From contig JNEM01009957.1 in assembly GCA_000697335.1 (NCBI GenBank), positions 1-44,834 of the forward strand: DNA of 44,834 bases, in the 5' to 3' direction. Positions 26,643 to 40,535 of this stretch are shown here, one piece after another (the first letter of the stretch is position 1; each line of letters opens with the position of its first letter). This DNA is from Conidiobolus incongruus B7586. Taxonomy: Eukaryota. The position numbers and the translations under genes are program-made. The notes below the pieces were generated by a model. It saw only the letters and a list, made by a program, of their open reading frames with translations, was not told the origin of the DNA and searched no databases.

Positions 26643-29600
26643 TTCAAATCATCCGTATCAATTCTAATTGTAAAATTCATTGAGCTTTATTTCTGATCTG
26701 TTTAATAGTATTGTTTCTAATATAGCTAATATCAGCTTTATAAAGTTACCTTGATTACAATACTTCCTTTAAGTGAAAAATTCTTGATAGATTCTATTAT
26801 AATTACAAAAATTAAGTACCTAAAACAGGAATTTTTCTATAGGTTATCAAAAAGATATTTGACTTTTTTCCTAGATTTTTAACTTAATCAAATGCACCTT
26901 GTCTAATTAATTTAAAAATGAAATTATGTTATTATTTGTATTGTTTAACTTTTGTAGTTAGAGTGTATTATAATATTGAGCAAAATAATTAAAAGTCCAA
27001 AAATCAATTTTTCAGTATAGGCACCATCGTTTGAAAATTTCTCAGATCACTTAATGTCCATTGTTATTATTTCAATTTCATCTTACTTTAGATTAATGTT
27101 AATTTAAAAGTGAATGTTGAACATGATATTATTTTGCATAAAATGAACAGTAAAATTACTTCAATGAAAAGCTTTAAAAACAATGATTATTAATATCAAT
27201 TACAAATTTTTGGTTTTCTCCAATAATTTTCTAACCAAAAAAGACCATTTCACGTAGCTCAAAATATTAATAATTATTATACTTGATCAAACAAATAGAT
27301 AAAATATGATTTAATTAATATCGTATATATGTTTGATGAAATATATAATACTATTTTGTAAAATAATGTAAATGAATATTAAAAATACTAAATTAAACTT
27401 CAATGCAAAATTGGATTTTTTTAATAGTAATATATTTAAAAATTATTGAATCAATTTGTAGGCTATAATTTATAATATATATTTTTTGATTATATTATAA
27501 CATTATTGCTTCTATTCATAAAAATATATATATGGAAAATTATTAATTATTTATTTTTATATGTATTATTAATGATTTATAATAACTATTGTTTTTGATT
27601 TGAAACCAATAAAATGCTTGGATTTAAAATTGTCAAAATATAAATTGGTTTTATAGCATAAATCCATTGTGTTAGTATATTTAATTCAAAAACTATAAAA
27701 TTTATTGAGATATAATTTTAATTCAAAATAAGAATAAATTGAGAGCATTATAAGCTTATTAAGTTATAGCTCATATTTGAGAAACAGTTATAATCTCTTC
27801 AATTAATTATTAATTTAGAAATATTTTAAAATTTTAACATCATATTAATTTTAAGTAATTTGAAATAAAAAATTCGATTTTTATTGAATATTATGTAAAC
27901 AATCAATTCAATAATGAAAATGCATATAAATCAGTATAATTATTCAATCCAAGTAGATTTTTAGCGTCATTTCTCTCTTACTGTTCCAATTAAATGTGAT
28001 GATTATTAGGAAATTCTAAACTTTGTAAATATTATAGGCTTAATCAAAAATTAAACTCAGGAATTCAGTGTAATTTTTTAATAGACACAATAATGTAAAT
28101 AGCACCTTAATATTACCAAAACTATTGATAACAAATATATTCATTAAAACATATATTTTATAATATTCACCCAAATCAACTGACAAACTTGATATATTTT
28201 GATAATATCTACATAAAATAAAAATGATACCGAAGATAAATTGATTCATAATTATGGTATAAATATCAACCACCAAAACACAATCCAATCCATTAACTGA
28301 ATTATGCAATCCATTGCATCTGAAATATTGAGGTAATTTACACTTTATCCACACCAAAAAATAGCGCATTTGTCAATATTCATATTCCAATAAAAATCAT
28401 GTTTTTTATTCGAATCGAATCCATTTCAAATACCTATAAAATTCAATTTCTATATTTATCAATCAAATAATTTGAGATTTGATTATAATACTTGATTCAA
28501 TTAAAATTACTCATATCTTGTAAATCACCATAAAGTTTATTTATTTGCAATCTTTTATTATTCCAAGCTGAATAATTTAAATATATTAGATTAATATTTC
28601 AAATTTTTCTCAATATTATATTAAAATCTTAAAATATTTTTAATATTTATTAACTTTATATATATATAAAATATGATAATAGAAATATTACCTAATTTAG
28701 TAAAAAAAATTATCAAATTTTGTTTTTTATAAATTCGTTTGTTTTAAAAATTAGGTAAAAAATTTATTGAATTTTTTAACCTTATTGATTGATACTAATT
28801 CATGCTAAAAAGATGTATTATTAATATATAACATATAAGTTAATAATGTTTATCTTTTTAAAAATAATTACCCTAATAACTCTATGTATTGAACTATTAT
28901 TAACTTTTCCCTGTACTTATTAATTATAATATTTGATTAAATTTATTAAATAATTTAAATTTAATAAGAATATAAAAAAAATTAAAGTTTCATTTTTATT
29001 TGTTTGAAGATAAATAATAAATAAATCAATTAATAATTATTCATTTTTATTTTAAATTCAATAATATATAATAGAAAAATAATAATAAATTAAATATGAA
29101 TTAATTATTAATTGATTTATTTATTATACTACATGAAATAATATAGTAGCAAAGTTATAAAATGAGAAATGGACTTATATTTATGATAAAATAACCTAGA
29201 ATTATTGGTGAAAAATACTAAGTATCCGATCAAAATTTCAATGAATTGATCAACTAAATTTATTTTAAGTTAAATATAACTATTAAAATTAAATGGTAAT
29301 TAATTTTTAAATTAAATTCTTATTAACCAATTAAATATTAAACCCCTATTAAAATCCTAGTTTTTAATATGATTTGAATATTTACTCATTATGACATCAA
29401 TCAATTTGTTATCTTAAAATTGAGATATATAGTTAAAGATATCTTTATATTGAAAATCAATAAAAAACGGTATTAAATATATATATATATATAATTTAAT
29501 AAATTGATGAATTTGGATACATTCATTTAATAAAATAAAAATGAATAATATTGAAATTAATTTTAAATTAATAAAAAATTGTCATTGGATAACATTTTGA

Positions 29601-30300
29601 AACCAAATTAAAAATTAAAATGCCATTGTCGGATAAATTTTCAATTTGATTGAATAATTGCTTATTCTTCTCCATGTATGTAAGCAAAAAACGTGATAAT
29701 ACTTGGTATTAGTTCTCCATTCAATCTAATAATACTCCATCATTATAACCTTTTGGTTTCTTAATGCTTATCAATACACCATTGATCACTCTGTTAATCC
29801 TCACCTTTTTTATCAAGAGAAATCAACTCAAAATGAAGCAAATGCAATACAGGCTCACCTTATACCTCACACTTCAAATTAACTCACTTCAATTCTCCCA
29901 CCCCTTTTTATTGGGTCGAACATTGTCCTAAATATACTAAAATAACAAATAATAGTGTATGATTGACCCATGCAAAAAGTTAATATTAAATATTTATATT
30001 CAAATGAAAATAATACAATAAATATGTGATTACTAATAATGATATAATTATTTATTTTGGGAATATTTAATTTTTTTAAAGATTAAAGTGGTATACAAGA
30101 TATACACAATACAGTAAAATATATTGTATTATATCAAGATAGCTTGATATAATTGAATTGAATCTAGTGAGATATTCAAAATATCTTCTTGATACAGGGA
30201 TAAGACCCCAAGATTATCGTTAGATCTCTTGCAGAGAGACCCTTGGTAATTATTAATTTTTAACGCTTGTATAAATTGATAGAAGTCAATTTAATCCAAG

Positions 30301-30326
30301 CTCCTCCTCCTCCTCTCCCCCCCCCC
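30301..30326. repeat. (CTC)n + C10 pyrimidine tract (G-rich on minus strand)
   Basis: ctcctcctcctcctctcccccccccc in otherwise AT-rich DNA. Confidence 0.85.
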
Positions 30327-30598
30327 AATTAAAAGAAGAATAATACAAGATATAAGAATAGAATGAAAAGTTGAAAGTATGTTCGTTAAAATAACCAGTA
30401 TCTAGCGTGAAATCAACACACAGTAAGTAGTAATAAGTAAGGATTGAGATAATTATATAGATGTTGTGGACATTAGAAGTACAAAATAAGGAATGCTTGA
30501 GAAGCTTCAGCAATAGGAAGCTGGGATAAAGTATAGACCGAAACGCCGCAATTCACCAAATATATGCTCTTGAAAAACACTTTCAGCCACTGGATTAT

Positions 30599-31744
30599 TT
30601 ATAAAACAGGTGGAGAACGATTGGAAAATTCGTCAAGGGTGATATAATCAAAGAAACTGGATTGTGGCTTAGCCCATCCGAAGGAACTGAAGTGTGATCC
30701 GTATGACACGGGGCTACAGCCAAATGAGCCAGCTGAGGTTGGACTGGAGCTATATGGCAAGAAGGGAGAAGAAGTGTATTGCTGAGTTGGGTTTTGTGGA
30801 GTGGGGGCAATTTCGTTAGGGGTTGTAACGGGTGTAGGAGCATTGAACATAGAGTAAGTATCAAGCTTGACACTTCGTCCAAATCCAGGGGTGGAGCGAG
30901 TACTGAATGAGGATTTGAAGTCATAACGGGCATGGAATGGACTTTTGTTCGAAATATAATCTGGGGAAGATCCGAGAGAGTTTTCGAAAGAAGTTTTGCG
31001 AGTAATAGGAATAGGAACAGTGACCACATCAGGATCCACTTGAACTTCGGGACTGATATCAGCACAATAATCTCGATGATTATTGTTATCCCAATGATCA
31101 ACTCCATTGACAGTGTACTTGATAGCAAATTTCAATTGATACTTAGCAGTTGGATCTTCACTATGTCTGTATTCTTCTGGAATGCTGAGACAGAATTCAA
31201 ATTGGTCCTGATCCAATTGATCTGGATAAGTACGAGGATGAGAGCGAATATAATGGGCATCAATATGTGAAAATGAGCCCCAGCTATCAAGAGAATATCT
31301 AACAACAACATTCTTTTCAAACCCATAATTCTGAACGCGAATTATTCCAAAAATACAATAACTCTCTTTGTCTAAGCGAAGAGATTCCAAAACAAGTGCC
31401 CTATCATTAGGAAGAGATCTGTTGTTGGAAGGGAAGTTATTACACTTGAGAGACATAGGAGTAAAACCACTGACTGAGAGAGGGCATTTGGAATGATCAA
31501 AAGAGCGAACTTTGGTAAGCTGAGGGTTGAATTGAACCCTTCTGTCTGTCTGCTTGGGTGAAGTAGTAGAGCGAAGAGCAGATTTGACGATTTCTCCTGA
31601 TTTTTTGCGGATAATGGCGGGGGAACTAAGAGAAATAGACATTTTGATGTTGTTTGCTGTAGTAGAAGCTTTTGGAGAGACACTTAATTGCTTTGAAAGA
31701 AGAGAAGGGCGATAATTAGTTTGAGTAGTGAATGTTGAACTCAT
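30599..31744 (-). CDS. Protein phosphatase 1 glycogen-targeting regulatory subunit (CBM21; Gac1/Gip2-like)
   Basis: RKKSGEIVKSALR, RVQF PP1-docking motif, CBM21 GIIRVQNYGFEKNVVVRYSLDSW...FAIKYTVNGVDHWDNNNHRDY; FHARYDF. Confidence 0.93.
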   Translation of the reverse strand: MSSTFTTQTNYRPSLLSKQLSVSPKASTTANNIKMSISLSSPAIIRKKSGEIVKSALRSTTSPKQTDRRVQFNPQLTKVRSFDHSKCPLSVSGFTPMSLKCNNFPSNNRSLPNDRALVLESLRLDKESYCIFGIIRVQNYGFEKNVVVRYSLDSWGSFSHIDAHYIRSHPRTYPDQLDQDQFEFCLSIPEEYRHSEDPTAKYQLKFAIKYTVNGVDHWDNNNHRDYCADISPEVQVDPDVVTVPIPITRKTSFENSLGSSPDYISNKSPFHARYDFKSSFSTRSTPGFGRSVKLDTYSMFNAPTPVTTPNEIAPTPQNPTQQYTSSPFLPYSSSPTSAGSFGCSPVSYGSHFSSFGWAKPQSSFFDYITLDEFSNRSPPVL

Positions 31745-34249
31745 TTTGACCAGGTAAAATTTTAGTATGGACTAGTGAAGAGAAATATATAATACAAGGG
31801 GGAAGAGAAAAGAAATATTTTAGTTTTTGTTATTGAATATCTGTTTACAAAGAAACAGAATTGAATCCTTTGGATTGGAAAGAGATAATAATCTCAATTA
31901 ATGCGATACAACAAGGGGCTATTTATACCCAAAAATATTTGCGAATAATTCACATTTTGCCAACCCAACAATCAAGATTTCCTTCCACCCTTCAAACCAA
32001 ATCTAATCCGGTTCCACTAGATAAGTAAAGTGAGGAGAATCTATTTGATAACAACTCATATCTTATTAATCTGGCCTAAGAAAGTAATGAAACTTAGTAT
32101 TTATCTGATACATCAAAATTATTTGATCGACCCCACCCAATTAGGAAATCGAATCGAATTCTCCCCATTCGAACCACCCCTTAGTCATGTCTTTATCTAT
32201 ATCCCCAACACACTCGCAGGAAATAACTTGAAACGTTTATCAATTGTAAGCCAAAGACAATGGGTTAATTTAGTTTAGCCATATCTATTTAATCAACTAA
32301 GTTTTTTTCTAATATTGGTGATGAAACTCTTAGTCACATTTTATAGCACTGCTCTACACCTGTCTCTCGTTGCTTATCAAAGTATCTTGTTACCAAATAC
32401 AAGAGATAATAATTAACATCCTCCAGTTGAAATACACTTGTTGTTTTAAGTGTGTTTTAGCGATACTATAAACTATATAAAATACAAATATTGAATTTTG
32501 AAATCTTCTCAATCAAGATTGTTGATAACGTGATCAGAATAAAATAAAGCTAATCATTCTCAAAAAATTAACAAATCAGGAAATTAAGAAATTTGGATGA
32601 AATTTGTGTGGAATATCAGATTTCCTAATTAAGACAGATCATAATCAAGAATAGGAATTTTTTATTGGTTTCACAAACGATAAGCAAAACTTAAATTGAT
32701 CTATTCTAACACAAAGCGAACAAACCAAATTAGCTCCAACTCATAGATAAACTTTCTCTCTCTTTTGCAACAGTCGAATGGACTATATTAATATATAAAT
32801 ATATAATATAATTATTAGAATCAATAAATTTAGACTATGATTTATCATCTCACTTAGCTTAATTCAAGGAGTTCTTTAGTATCTTAAAGAATATCAGAGC
32901 AATATCATTAAGGGGCATATTAATTAGCAGATTATTTAACTTAAACCCTATAGAGTGATTGATAAGAATGATTGTGGTTTGTTGAAACTAGCTCAATTAA
33001 CTGAATATGAAAATGATTTGCCTAGAAACAATGACGAAAGATCCGGGCTGATTGATTGAAAAATACGCTAGCAAATAGTCCTTATTATCTCAACATTGAT
33101 TAACCCCTGCATCATTCATTAAAATCGTTTATCAAAACCAATTTAATATTAATCTCCTCACTTCATTGTATTCATATCAAAATGTTTAATCGATAAATTC
33201 TATTTATGAATATGGAGAATAATTGTAGTATAGGCATTAATTCAATTTAATATATGAACATATCATACTTTATGATATTTATATTAACTAATTAAATTTT
33301 AATACCATCCCTTTAATCACATTATCAACTCTAATAATAATATAATCTAGTTTGGATCAAATTAATGAAAATTATTAATGAATCAAAGTATTTATAGCAA
33401 CAAACACTAAATTTTGAAGTTGTGTAATTTAAATAAAATTCTCACATTCACTATCAATTCTTTATTAATAAATTTGAATGATTTCATACCATCTTATCAT
33501 TCGAATATCTTTGATAATGTTGAGTGAGAACAACATAAATATATTTATAACTACTTTAGTATTTAGTTGTTTTTGTTCAGTTTTCAATAAAAGATTAATA
33601 TATTAATATTATAATGTATTCATATTGATTATGAAGCCTTATCAAAATCTGATTAAAATTGTGTAAACAAAATAAATTCCCTTAAGTTACACATATCATA
33701 TCAATAAAATCTTGATACTGAACAATTTCTGATACTCATCCAATATTCCACTGATTCAGCATTTCTCACTATTTTCAAAAATAAAAATTCAAATTACCTT
33801 AATAATATATATTATTATCTTAAAATTTCCATTCAATATCTGATATATTTTGATACCAATTGATCCCTTGCATTATTAATATTCTAACTAGTAAAATATT
33901 ATTCAACTATAAAATTCATAAAAACTAAATAATAATTCGTCAAATTAGTCAATAATTAGGAATTATATAATTAAATAGTAATATAATCGCCCATTATTTA
34001 AATGAATTATGTTTGATTAATTTAAATGTATTAATTTAATGCTATGAACCGTATAATTAATAATTCCACATAATTTTAATTAAAAATTTATTTGTTGGTT
34101 CAAATTTTAATAACTAAAATAAGAATTAATTAATACTACCAAATAATTTAATTATGAAACAATTATTTTTCACTTTAAATCTCTAATATTATTCATTTTA
34201 AATAAAATTTTATCAAACTTATCTTTATGGAAATATAAGAACCCGAATC

Positions 34250-34510
34250 TTTATACTCATCTTATAAAGTAATTAATTCATCAAGGGCAACAATTGAACT
34301 CAATTTGATATGGTATGGGAATTAAATGTATATTCTATCATTTTGTTATTATTTTTTTCTTTATATTTCAATGGATTTAATAGTTATCAATCCTATTCCA
34401 ATGTTGTCAATTTATAGTGGACTATCTTCTCAATTGTCCATTACCTTATCAAATATATCGATATTTTATATTGTTATTGTTATTAATCAACCCTATGTTT
34501 ATAACTAGGT
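34250..34510 (+). pseudogene. Possible decayed membrane-protein (GPCR-like) fragment
   Basis: One frame reads LSILFQCCQFIVDYLLNCPLPYQIYRYFILLLLLINPMFIT after stop codons; no coherent gene model. Confidence 0.2.
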
Positions 34511-37500
34511 TTTATATTTGTCATTTATAATGAATATATTTAAAATATCAATTCAAGCTCCAATTTCCAATTCGAAAAAATCACCTCAAACTAATAATAC
34601 TATAAATACTGTAACACTAATAAAGACAAAAATATGCTTCGTTAACTATCAGTGCAACATTATATGCCAATTATACCTAATATATTATTCTATATTTTAT
34701 CACACTATAACTTTCATTAAATTGTCCCATTAGCAAATTCTCATCATGTCATACTATGCCTTATCTTTACTATTGGTTAATATTGGATTCTTTTCAATTT
34801 TTTTCAGATACTTATCTAATGTTTTAGATAAGGATAACTTTAGACTTCATATTAACAATTCGAATCGTTTCAAGTTAAGATATTTGTTTGTTATCAGATT
34901 GATTTTTTTGAGTATTATTTTTATTATTAATTACTAATAATAATATGATTAATATTAGTTTTACTCAACAATATTATCATTAAAATTTCAAATTAATACT
35001 CTAACATAATCAATTTAAAATAAAACTTTGAATTGATATTTATGATAAATTGCGCAAATTAAATTAAATTATCTTTAACTCAATATATATAATATTTAGT
35101 TCGGAATTGTCTAAAAATAGTATAATGTGCGAAATATTCTTTTCTTAGTGATACAAAAAATCTTACAAAAGTAAATATTCAAATAAGATAAAATATAAAT
35201 AATATTTCAAGGATTTGATAATAATAAAATTGGTATAAGATTATAATATTTCTTTATATTAACTATTTAATAACTGTTGAATCTATTTTCAATAGTGTAT
35301 TTAATTTAATTATTTAATTATTCTCATTCTAAATTTAAAATAATTTATTATTTCTTTTAAAATCAAAGATTTAAAATAACCGAAAGTTTTTATCATATGA
35401 TATTCTAATAGTTATAATATTTATCACTGTGTTAAATTTTTATGGTGTGTTGATGATAATGTGATTTTATATTGAGTGATAATTTGCTATAAGCTTAAAT
35501 AAAAAAATTAATGCTTTTGATTACAAATTACCTTGAAATTAAATTTAATTCAATTGAAAAAACAATGACCAGAATGAAAATTTTGAATCTATCAAAAACA
35601 AATAACCGAATATATTCTAAGCTTAATTATATATCCCAGTTACAATTACAATTACAAAATTTTAATTTTTCATCATGTTAAATCATTCACAAAATAAAGT
35701 ATTAAAAAACAAATCAACTTTAACTATAATAACTACTTTGAAATATATTTTTATTCAGCAATATATAATATCAACACTTTATTATTAGTAATATTTTTAA
35801 TTGATGAATTTATATAATTCACATTCTTTTAATTAATATTTATATTGTTTAATCATATAATGCACTTTAAAAAATTATAGTATTTAGATAGACATAAATC
35901 ATATCTAAACAAAATTTTTTTTCACCTTTAATAATGTATTATAATAAAAGTATAATGGGTTTTATAAAATAATTTTGGTCTAATTATATTCTTACAAATA
36001 TATAATTCATTTTCCAATTTATTTGAATAAAGTTGATTAACGATTTAAGCCCATCTATTTGAATAATATTGAAATGCCAAATCATTAAAAGAAATACTTT
36101 AAAATGTCTAAATATGAATATCTATGAATTATTAGATAAAAATAGTTGAATATGACATCATATTATCTATTCATTAATAAAAATCTATTGGAATAATATA
36201 ATTTGAAATACAAAATTATCTTAATTTACATATAATTATTACTCATTGTATAATAAATTTTTATAAACTATTCATTTGGTATAAATATAATAGTGAATAA
36301 ATTTATATCTATATTTCTTATTTCATTTTTTGAATTAGCTTCTTATGATATGGCCTTATTTATATAAAATAATATAAGTATTTTTTTCAAAATGAATTTA
36401 AGTTTATAATATAAAGTTTTAATATATTACTGTTTATGGTTTATGGTTTATAGTTATATATTAAATGAAATATTATTATTTTTATTACTTTTTTAATTGA
36501 TTTATCAATAGTTTTTAAAATTTTATGACAATATTATATATATTAATAGAAATTGATAAAATTTAAGATTAATATAAAATTCATACTTTAATAACTATAG
36601 ATAATCAAGGATATATATATATATATATTATAATTATTAATATGAATTAATTTTTTAACAGTTTATAAAATAATTAAATAATATCCATAAATATTTATTA
36701 AAGTAGTAAAACTTAATATTATGTTAAATTACATTTGACAATTAGAGTTAAATTAAATATTAATATTTATCAAAAAATTTCCATACTAATTATTTATATT
36801 TTTTAAAATCAAATTAAAATATATTAAGCAATATATTCATATATGGTTTTTAATTATTTATGATAATCAAAAATATAAATATCCTACTTTCAATAGTTGT
36901 TAAATATATTTTTAGAGTTAAAATTATATAATATATCCAAGTCTTGAGTCCAATAATATTTGGTCAAAAAATATTGATAATGACTTTAATTAAAAAAGCA
37001 GGATTTAATATCTTATTAAATATCAAGCTTTATGGTGAATAGCCATATTATATAATAATTTTTCGAGTATTTAAACTATAAATGGTTTTTAATTTATATT
37101 AAAGAAAAACTTTATCCTAATTTTTAATTAATAATTTATAATTTATATGATTTTGAGGAATATTGTAAGTATTTTATATATTATATATATATATTAATAA
37201 TATGGATAAGTATTGAAATTTATTAAGTTCATCAATAGGTATTAATTTTAATAAAATTAAATAATATATATTTTATAAAATATCAGTAAATTAAAAAAAA
37301 TTATTAAATCATGAATAGTTAATTTTAATATTAAAGTTATTTTAAAATAATTAATCAAAATAAAATATTTATTTGTACGATATTTTTATATGAGTAAATC
37401 CTTGTTTGTATTAATAATTTAATAAAAATGGTAATCTAAGAGATTAATTTCTGTGATAAGTTAAAACTAAATATAATTTTAATATGTGAATAATAATATA

Positions 37501-38967
37501 AAAAATATATATTATAAAATCATTAAACTTTTATCTTTGTGGAAATTAGTCTAAATAATACATATTCTATAATAGAATAATATACAAATGTTGAATCATT
37601 TTAAATAATTAATTATAAATAAAAATAATTAAGTTTGAATCAATAATAATTAACAAAATAATTATCGGTTAAAAAATGTCAAAAGACTAGTTTTCAAACT
37701 ACTTATATATAAATTCCATGCTTAATATTGACTGTTAAAGTTAATTTAATCATATAAATACCCTTAATTTGCCTAATAAATATGATTCTTCTCTTTCCTC
37801 TCAAATTTTACTATTTTTTGATTTTTTTGGTTAATCACTATTATTTCTTAATATTAAAACTATGCCTACCAATATTATACTGTATATTGATACTATCTAC
37901 TTTTAATATAATTATATTAACTAATATATTCGAATCTTAAATAAACTCACATATATATTAAATTTATTACATTATCGCCAATTTGAGGCTTCCTTTGTAC
38001 TATGTTGACTTTATTACCTACTACTGTTACAAAAGATATAAGGTTTAAATAGAAATAATTCACTTATATACTTTAAAAATTAAAAGTGATATATATTTAA
38101 AACTAATGTAAAAAATTCAATATTAAATATATTACTATAAATATTTGAAATTATTTATAAAATTTATTTTTTTGATTAATTTAATCAATTAAAAAATATA
38201 TTTTGAACATATTAATGAAAAGTTGCAAATATTTTAAATAAATATATATAGTTGGTTTGTTTGGAAATTTAGTTTAAAACTAATATAAATAATTTTGATC
38301 AAAATTTCGCTTATTAAACATCAGTTATATTTAGTTAATTATATTATTTTGGTATACTTGTAATAAATTAGAACTTTTCCTCAAAACAAAGGCTATATAT
38401 TAATAAGCATTGAATAGTCATTTATATTAATATATACTATTATAAAGTATGAATTTTTTATTGTTTTGCAAAGTCATATTTTTTATTCATTGATATAATT
38501 AACCATTTTTAAATGTACATTTTATTTATTTAATAATTACATTATTTTAACATTTCATAGATAGAAAATTGACTAAGATAAATATTTAATTATAATTAGA
38601 ATACCTATTTAACTATATTCTTGAATATGAATATTAATATTGGTTATCATAAAGTTTCATTGTAATATCTATGTAATATTATTTGATTTTAATCGGTTTT
38701 GATTGTATATGGAATTAAATATAGTTTTGTACAGATAAATCAAAATGTTTTGATAATATCGATATACTATGAATTAAAAAAATAAAAATCATGGTTTAAG
38801 CAATTCAGTTTCAATAGTAAGCGTATATAACAGCATAAAAAATATATTTTCATAAAAATATAAAGTAATACATATTAATATAGTAAAAATAATTATTTAA
38901 ATATATAATTTTATTAAAATGAAAATGAATAAATCAAATTAAGATCAGAATAAAAAAGAAAACAAAA

Positions 38968-38990
38968 TCACGTGATGTATCAACCAATCA
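38968..38990 (+). promoter_or_regulatory. TCACGTGA E-box (Cbf1-type) plus CCAAT box upstream of RPL17
   Basis: TCACGTGA 38968-38975, CCAATCA 38984-38990, about 100 bp upstream of the pyrimidine tract at ~39087. Confidence 0.5.
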
Positions 38991-39117
38991 CAATTTAGAA
39001 TTAATGGTAACTTGGGCGAAATAATGAGAGGTTAGTATAGGCCAAAATGGTTGAATTATACGTTGTATTAGTGATCCAAACGGATTCCTTCTCTTTCGAT
39101 CTCTAGTTTATCTCAAG

Positions 39118-39412
39118 GTACGATACCTTGTTTGAAAAAAATTAGTTAGAGCGCAAAGTGTCTAAATGAGCAATATGTGAACAATATAATATGAAAAATA
39201 AAGTGCAAAAAATAAATGATCAAAGAATGGGCATCGAGGGATTCGAATCAGTCTTGATCAGTAATCACAAAAAATCAAATACATCCATACAATCATCATA
39301 CATCCATCATATATCATGAATTATCAAATATACTCAGACCGCTAGCTCCAACCATTTTTTTCAAATATATATCTATATTTCTCTCAAAACCGATTATTAA
39401 CTTTTTGACCAG
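39118..39412 (+). other. Probable 5'UTR intron of RPL17
   Basis: AAG|GTACGA donor after a CT-rich putative start region; ATTAAC branch-like at 39396, CAG acceptor at 39410-39412, 21 nt before the ATG. Confidence 0.65.
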
Positions 39413-39433
39413 AATTAGGAGACAACAATCACA

Positions 39434-40160
39434 ATGGTGAGATACTCTGCTACCCCCGCTAACCCCGAGAAATGTAAACATTTATTACAAAATACAAATT
39501 AGTATCTTATTTAACTTACTTAGTATGATGTTTAGCCGCCTTGACTAGAGGATCCTACCTCCGTGTTCACTTCAAGAACACCCACGAAGTTGGTGCCGTC
39601 TTAAACGGTATGAAATTACTCAAGGCCATCAAATACCTCAACGATGTCAAAGAACGCAAGCAATGTGTTCCTTTCCGCCGCTTCAACGGGGGTGTTGGTC
39701 GTTGTGCCCAAGCCAAATTCTGGGGTACTACCCAAGGTCGCTGGCCCATCAAGTCTTGTGACTACCTCTTAGGCCTCCTCCAAAACGTCCAAAGCAACGC
39801 TGAGGTACTATTTTCCTATATATTTAACCCAAAACTTTGATTAATTTATTTTCAAATAGCTTAAGGGTCTCGATGTTGAAAACTGTGTCATCAAGCACGT
39901 CCAAGTCAACCAAGCTCCCAAGCAACGTCGTCATACTTTCCGTGCTCACGGTCGTATCAACAGTATGTTTATCTAATCTTAAATATTATATAATATGGTA
40001 TTAAAGTTATTTTTTAGACTACATGAGCTCTCCTTGCCACATCGAAATCATCGTCACTGAAGAAGCCGCCAAGGTCCAACGTGCCGCTGAAGAAAAGAAG
40101 ATTGTTCCCCTCAACCGTCGTGCTTTAGCCCGCAAGAACCGCCTTGCTCTCCGCAAGTAA
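39434..40160 (+). CDS. RPL17: 60S ribosomal protein L17 (uL22)
   Basis: [13 protein letters not shown]|..[15 protein letters not shown]...[18 protein letters not shown]...GRWPIKS...[30 protein letters not shown]|..YMSSPCHIE; 3 coding introns; TAA 40158-40160. Confidence 0.99.
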
Positions 40161-40504
40161 ACTTGTAATAAAATCTAAGTAAGCGAAGCTTACTCGGTCT
40201 ATAACATAAATCTCCTTACTGAGGTATTTCATTTTCTATTTTTGCTCAAATCTGATTATATCATACTCTTTTAAAATATAGATATATTTCAATCTCTCCT
40301 TATAAATATTAATTTTTATTTATTAACTTTATATATTGTTTTGATTAGCTCTTATTTTATTACATTATTTACTATTTCATATTTTAAATTTCTTCAATGT
40401 TTATTTTCAAATATTTAGATTTTGAAAATTCCTTTAATCCAAATATTTTTATTTTTTTTACTATGTTTACTTACTGATTCTAACAATCAATATTTTTTAT
40501 ATCC

Positions 40505-40535
<31 letters not shown>

